Of a stretch of DNA of 32,000 bases, positions 28,430 to 32,000 are shown piece by piece. Source of the DNA: Candidatus Altimarinota bacterium. GTDB taxonomy: Bacteria; Patescibacteriota; Gracilibacteria; UBA1369. Within the stretch, counting starts at the first letter, position 1. Each line of letters opens with the position of its first letter. The notes beneath the pieces were generated by a model. It ran no database searches and was not told the DNA's origin. It saw nothing but the letters and a program-made list of their open reading frames with translations. The stretch spans positions 1 to 32,000 of the forward strand of contig JBAZYK010000009.1 in assembly GCA_041659405.1 (NCBI GenBank). The letters are read 5' to 3'. The position numbers were made by a program, and so were the translations under genes.

Positions 28430-28633
28430 TAATATCTTGTAATGAAAAATTAGCAAGTCCAAGCATAGCAGAAGGATCATTAAAATAATCTAAAAAACTT
28501 ATTAAAAATGAACACTTGCAAAAAAAGCCTCTCTTCATTATCATTGGCAGGCAAATTTCGTGGATATATTCCAAAAAATGGTTCAATAAAGGCGCCCAAG
28601 GCTTATTTAAAGCCAAAAGGCAGGCGGAGACGT

Positions 28634-28710
28634 GGAGCGGTAGTTCAGCTGGTTAGAACGCCACACTGTCACTGTGGAGGTCGCGGGTTCGAGTCCCGTC
28701 CGTTCCGCCA
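28634..28710 (+). tRNA. tRNA-Asp (GTC), CCA encoded
   Basis: Acceptor GGAGCGG/CCGTTCC, D arm GTTC..GAAC, anticodon arm CCACA-CTGTCAC-TGTGG, T arm GCGGG-TTCGAGT-CCCGT, then GCCA. Confidence 0.96.
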
Positions 28711-28713
28711 TGC

Positions 28714-29589
28714 CTAACTTTCTCCAAGCGCCTCCACAAAAATTTCTCCAATCTTTTTGATTTTTGCCGGATCCGGTTCAGTGTTAACCATGCTTAATGT
28801 TTTATCGCTCACGGAACCTTTGCACAAAAAACGTTTTGGGAAATCCATAACCAAAACTCTCCCCGGTCGGGCAATCATATAATCCGTGGTTTTGTGGATA
28901 TTTCTCTCGGCGGCATAAGGCTCATTTTCAGCCCACGGAATGCAATTTTTTTCAAAAAGAGTTCCAAAAATATCTCTCATTTTTAAATCAGCAAGATCCT
29001 CTTCGTCTTTTGGTCCCGTAATTATGTCCACCTTCGTTTCCGGCCCAACGCCAACGCCATTTTCGCGGGATAAAATATAGGCCTGAAGCTCTTTTTTACT
29101 AAATCCGGCTTTTACATCCGGTAACAGATTAGTATGCATACTATGTAGGCACAACATTTTTGCCGTCTCCGGAAGCACCGCCAACAATTGCTCAATTGAT
29201 TCAATAATCGATTCATGAATATCCAGCAAAATCTTTTTTGCATCTTCGGATATGTCCGGATTTATCACGGTGCCAAGCGCAAATTCGGGCCTGCGATTTA
29301 AATCCAAAATACCCCGGGCCACCTCAATACTTACCGCTATGCCCCCGGGAACATGGTTGATAATGTAATCAGTCAATGCCTTAGGCCCTTTATCACGTTT
29401 GATCTCCAAAACCTGTTTAAGCAGATCAACTTCTTTCGGAAAAAATTTCTTTACTTCATCCGGAAAAGCCAACCTGGAACTGTCATGCGGAACAAGCAAA
29501 AAATATCGCGGAGATGCGGAAGAAAGCGAATGCTGAACGCTAATCCAGCCCTTAGTTTCAGCCCGAGTTTTCGGAAGATTTATGCTCAT
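28714..29589 (-). CDS. N-formylglutamate amidohydrolase-like hydrolase
   Basis: VPHDSSRLAFP, ISIEV-like region SIEVARGILDLNRRPE (cf. SR..vDlNR), MLCLHSMHTN. Confidence 0.6.
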   Translation of the reverse strand: MSINLPKTRAETKGWISVQHSLSSASPRYFLLVPHDSSRLAFPDEVKKFFPKEVDLLKQVLEIKRDKGPKALTDYIINHVPGGIAVSIEVARGILDLNRRPEFALGTVINPDISEDAKKILLDIHESIIESIEQLLAVLPETAKMLCLHSMHTNLLPDVKAGFSKKELQAYILSRENGVGVGPETKVDIITGPKDEEDLADLKMRDIFGTLFEKNCIPWAENEPYAAERNIHKTTDYMIARPGRVLVMDFPKRFLCKGSVSDKTLSMVNTEPDPAKIKKIGEIFVEALGES

Positions 29590-29651
29590 GATTTAATACT
29601 AACATTTCAAATCATGGCTGAACAAGAAAATTCATAAATAATTTAAGATTA

Positions 29652-29680
29652 TTGTACTAACATTGTTAGTGCATTATAAT
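29652..29680 (+). promoter_or_regulatory. Sigma70-like promoter with operator palindrome in the spacer
   Basis: TTGTAC - 17 nt - TATAAT. ACTAAC-ATT-GTTAGT occupies 29656-29670. Confidence 0.75.
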
Positions 29681-29709
29681 ATTGGCGGATATAATTTAAC
29701 TTCATCAAT

Positions 29710-29937
29710 ATGACCACATTAACCGTTCGCATAAAAGAAGATTTGAAAAATAAAGCCTTTAGTCATGCGGAAAAACTGGGGGTCCCGCTTACCTTGGTTG
29801 TCATCAATGCTCTGGAAAAATTTGTAAAATCACCACGGATTGTAATCGGAGAACCTGAAGCAATTGAGGTTACTCCCGCAATCCAGAAAAAAATGGATAA
29901 AATTAGCAAGTTACTCTCTAAAACCAAAAAAAAGTGA
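29710..29937 (+). CDS. Ribbon-helix-helix antitoxin-like protein
   Basis: MTTLTVRIKEDLKNKAFSHAEKLGVPLTLVVINALEKFVKSPRI resembles the RelB/DinJ-type N-terminus. Confidence 0.7.
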   Translation: MTTLTVRIKEDLKNKAFSHAEKLGVPLTLVVINALEKFVKSPRIVIGEPEAIEVTPAIQKKMDKISKLLSKTKKK

Positions 29938-30317
29938 AACTTATTATTACAAATGCGATTGATAAAGCTGAATTCGAGCCTTTGAAGAAGACTTTTAATC
30001 TGGAAATCATTAAAAATGCGGCAAGAAAATCGCTGCAAGGGCTAGGAAATGACATTAAAAGTTCTTTCAAAATTCCCGCCACTTCATTAAATAAAATTTA
30101 TTTAACTGGCCCTGGTAGCGCAGGAAGGGCCATGTTCTTGTTGAAGATTGGGGAGGCGAAGTCCGTTTTGGTAATGATTCGAACAAAAAAGGACAAACAA
30201 ATTGGTTTAAACATGACGATTAAAAATCCGAAATTTAAAAAAGCTCTCAATAAAAATTTAGGATTGATTATTGCTGACCTTGAACAAGGCAATTATCGTG
30301 AGTATGAGATTGTCTAA
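29934..30317 (+). CDS. Candidate toxin partner, GTG start overlapping the antitoxin stop
   Basis: GTGA overlap and 127 aa basic protein. ARKSLQGLGNDIKSSFKIPA...GRAMFLLKIGEAKSVLVMIRTKKDKQIGLNMTIKNPKFKKALNKNLGLIIADLEQG is compatible with a RelE-like fold but not diagnostic. Confidence 0.6.
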   Translation: MKLIITNAIDKAEFEPLKKTFNLEIIKNAARKSLQGLGNDIKSSFKIPATSLNKIYLTGPGSAGRAMFLLKIGEAKSVLVMIRTKKDKQIGLNMTIKNPKFKKALNKNLGLIIADLEQGNYREYEIV

Positions 30318-30327
30318 ATCATGCCAT

Positions 30328-30987
30328 CTACCCCTTTTTTTTCCTAAACAAAACATAAGAATAAACAATCGGCACCACTGCCACCAAAATCAAAACCGCA
30401 ATAGTTACAACCGCCATATTAAGTTGCAAAACCAGTGCATTTAAAAGGAAAATCAGCCCGCCAATCACAAACAATTTTCCGCCAAGGCGATTGGTTTTAT
30501 TCCAAACGTCTTCATTCGACAAAGTCCATGGTGTGCGCACGCCAATCATCCAATTGCTTTTGATTTTCCCCATATAATTGCCAATAATAATAAACAGAAA
30601 ACCAACCAAAACCAAAATCGCCCGGCCCATTGGAATATTGTAACCCAAAGCATAAGCGCCCGTCATAAAGTGCAGTACCGTCACAAATAAAACCACCACA
30701 TTCTTAAAAACATGATAAGGTTTTTCAAATTCAACATAACGTTCTTTTTTAGGATCGATAAATGGCACCAAAAGTAAAATTCCATAACACACAGCGGTAA
30801 TTGCCGGAGTCAAAAAAGCCGCAACCGCCGGCGATCCCCAGCCATTAACTTCCCCATCGATACCCCAATGAATCGGAACTGATTGCGGAAAATTCAGATA
30901 AAAATAAACCGAAACAACGAACGACAATATTATTAAACTCAGCGGAAAAATTTCCTTTTTAAAATCGATTTTGAAATTAGTTTTCAT
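30328..30987 (-). CDS. SdpI/DUF1648 family membrane protein
   Basis: NFPQSVPIHWGIDGEVNGWGSPAVAAFLTP and GKIKSNWMIGVRTPWTLSNEDVWNKTNRLGGKLF, with multiple TM segments. Confidence 0.92.
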   Translation of the reverse strand: MKTNFKIDFKKEIFPLSLIILSFVVSVYFYLNFPQSVPIHWGIDGEVNGWGSPAVAAFLTPAITAVCYGILLLVPFIDPKKERYVEFEKPYHVFKNVVVLFVTVLHFMTGAYALGYNIPMGRAILVLVGFLFIIIGNYMGKIKSNWMIGVRTPWTLSNEDVWNKTNRLGGKLFVIGGLIFLLNALVLQLNMAVVTIAVLILVAVVPIVYSYVLFRKKKG

Positions 30988-31083
30988 GTGAAAGTAATTA
31001 AGATTTACGTTTATCGCCTTTATTCTACATCACTTTTCGTGCTAATAAATAACTTGTCATTTATTTTCTAAGATTGGCAGTAA

Positions 31084-31878
31084 ATGTTCTGGAAACACGT
31101 CATCAAGCCAAAACCATTGCGTCATAAAAGCAGAGAAAGCATTATCATTGAAGGAAAAAGTATTCCTTTTGAGTTGGTGCGAACCGCATCTGTGCGTGGC
31201 GCGTATTTAAAAATTACCGCCACGGGTTTGGAGGTGGTCATTCCTCTTCGCTATGATTCCGCGCGTCTTTCCAAATTATTGTACGAAAAAAAATCCTGGA
31301 TTTTAAAAAATCTTCAAAAGCATGCCGAACAAAAATCACAACATCAACATTTTCAGGATGGCCTAACTCTGCCTGTTTTTGGCCAATTAAAAATTATTCA
31401 TATTTATTTAACAACCAATAAGCGCGCACGAATTCGTGAAAACGAAAACGAAATAAATGTTTTCATCCCGCAAAATTTTAAAAGTGGAAACACTGAAAGT
31501 TTTCTGCCCCATAATCCGCAAAACCTGGCCAAATCCAAGAAATTTTTAGAAATTTTACTTCGCGAAAAAAGCAAAAAATATTTTCAGGAGCGCACGCGGG
31601 AACTCGGCAAAATCATGCAAACCGATTACGGAAAAATTACCATCCGTGACCAAAAAACGCGTTGGGGAAGCTGTTCTCGCACCAATAATCTCAACTTTAA
31701 TTGGCGCCTTATTTTTATGCCGTTACCTGTTACCGACTATATTATCATTCACGAATTGGCTCACACAGTTCACCATAACCACTCCAAAAGATTTCACGAT
31801 TTGGTGGAAAAATTCTGTCCGGACTACAAAGAAAAGCGCCAATGGTTAAAGCAAAATCAGCATACAGCCAATTGGTAA
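31084..31878 (+). CDS. YgjP-like (DUF45) metal-dependent hydrolase
   Basis: KITIRDQKTRWGSCSRTNNLNFNWRLIFMPLPVTDYIIIHELAHTVHHNHSKRFHDLVEKFCPDYKEKRQWL. Confidence 0.93.
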   Translation: MFWKHVIKPKPLRHKSRESIIIEGKSIPFELVRTASVRGAYLKITATGLEVVIPLRYDSARLSKLLYEKKSWILKNLQKHAEQKSQHQHFQDGLTLPVFGQLKIIHIYLTTNKRARIRENENEINVFIPQNFKSGNTESFLPHNPQNLAKSKKFLEILLREKSKKYFQERTRELGKIMQTDYGKITIRDQKTRWGSCSRTNNLNFNWRLIFMPLPVTDYIIIHELAHTVHHNHSKRFHDLVEKFCPDYKEKRQWLKQNQHTANW

Positions 31879-31931
31879 GCCCGCCACACCGCCGGACGAT
31901 AGCCCCTCATCCGCTTCGTCTCAAACCAGCT

Positions 31932-32000
31932 AATTCAATTTCACCAACTGCATCAAAATTGCCGCAACTTGTCCGCGAGTGATTGAAACATTTGGATCAT
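31932..32000 (-). CDS. C-terminus of a protein ending in an SLH-like segment (partial)
   Basis: The minus frame reads DPNVSITRGQVAAILMQLVKLN-stop, resembling the end of an S-layer homology domain. Confidence 0.5.

Noticed and set aside
28600-28614. GGCTT-ATTTA-AAGCC hairpin just before tRNA-Asp
   Set aside because: A 5 bp stem is expected by chance. It may be part of the precursor but is not supportable as a feature.
28389-28616. N-terminal extension of the antitoxin ORF (MALNKPWAPLLNHFLEYIHEICLPM...)
   Set aside because: It runs through the promoter/operator region and has no Phd-family similarity. The family N-terminus begins at or near 28388.

Overview
This 32 kb window looks like chromosomal DNA from an uncultivated bacterium, possibly Patescibacteria/Peregrinibacteria-like (inference only). 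TGA acts as a normal stop codon. Most of it is housekeeping genes: rny, trxB, a YtxH-like gene, vanW-like, TPR, holB, murF-like, a cyclophilin lipoprotein, acyP, infC-rpmI-rplT, dxr, an ispD-ispF fusion, ispE, recR, folE, a PPDK/PEP-synthase-like protein lacking the PEP barrel, carB, queG, korA/korB, a DUF721/DciA-like gene, a GT4 glycosyltransferase, two toxin-antitoxin-like modules, tRNA-Asp, an N-formylglutamate-amidohydrolase-like gene, sdpI-like and a YgjP-like metallopeptidase. No CRISPR array, phage or transposase is visible. The most notable signal is non-coding. Three dispersed elements of about 138 bp (355-492, 9783-9923, 18780-18917) share a nearly identical core. Each is closed by a perfect 27-28 bp inverted repeat whose sequence differs between copies but stays complementary within each copy. 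Two more long variable-arm hairpins with unrelated cores sit just downstream of stop codons (15869-15952, 26598-26739). Other points of interest are an infC reading frame that requires a non-canonical AUU (or AUA) start, a CAD/Bacteroidetes-like CarB, an in-frame duplication of an antitoxin start region, and an operator palindrome inside a toxin-antitoxin promoter spacer.
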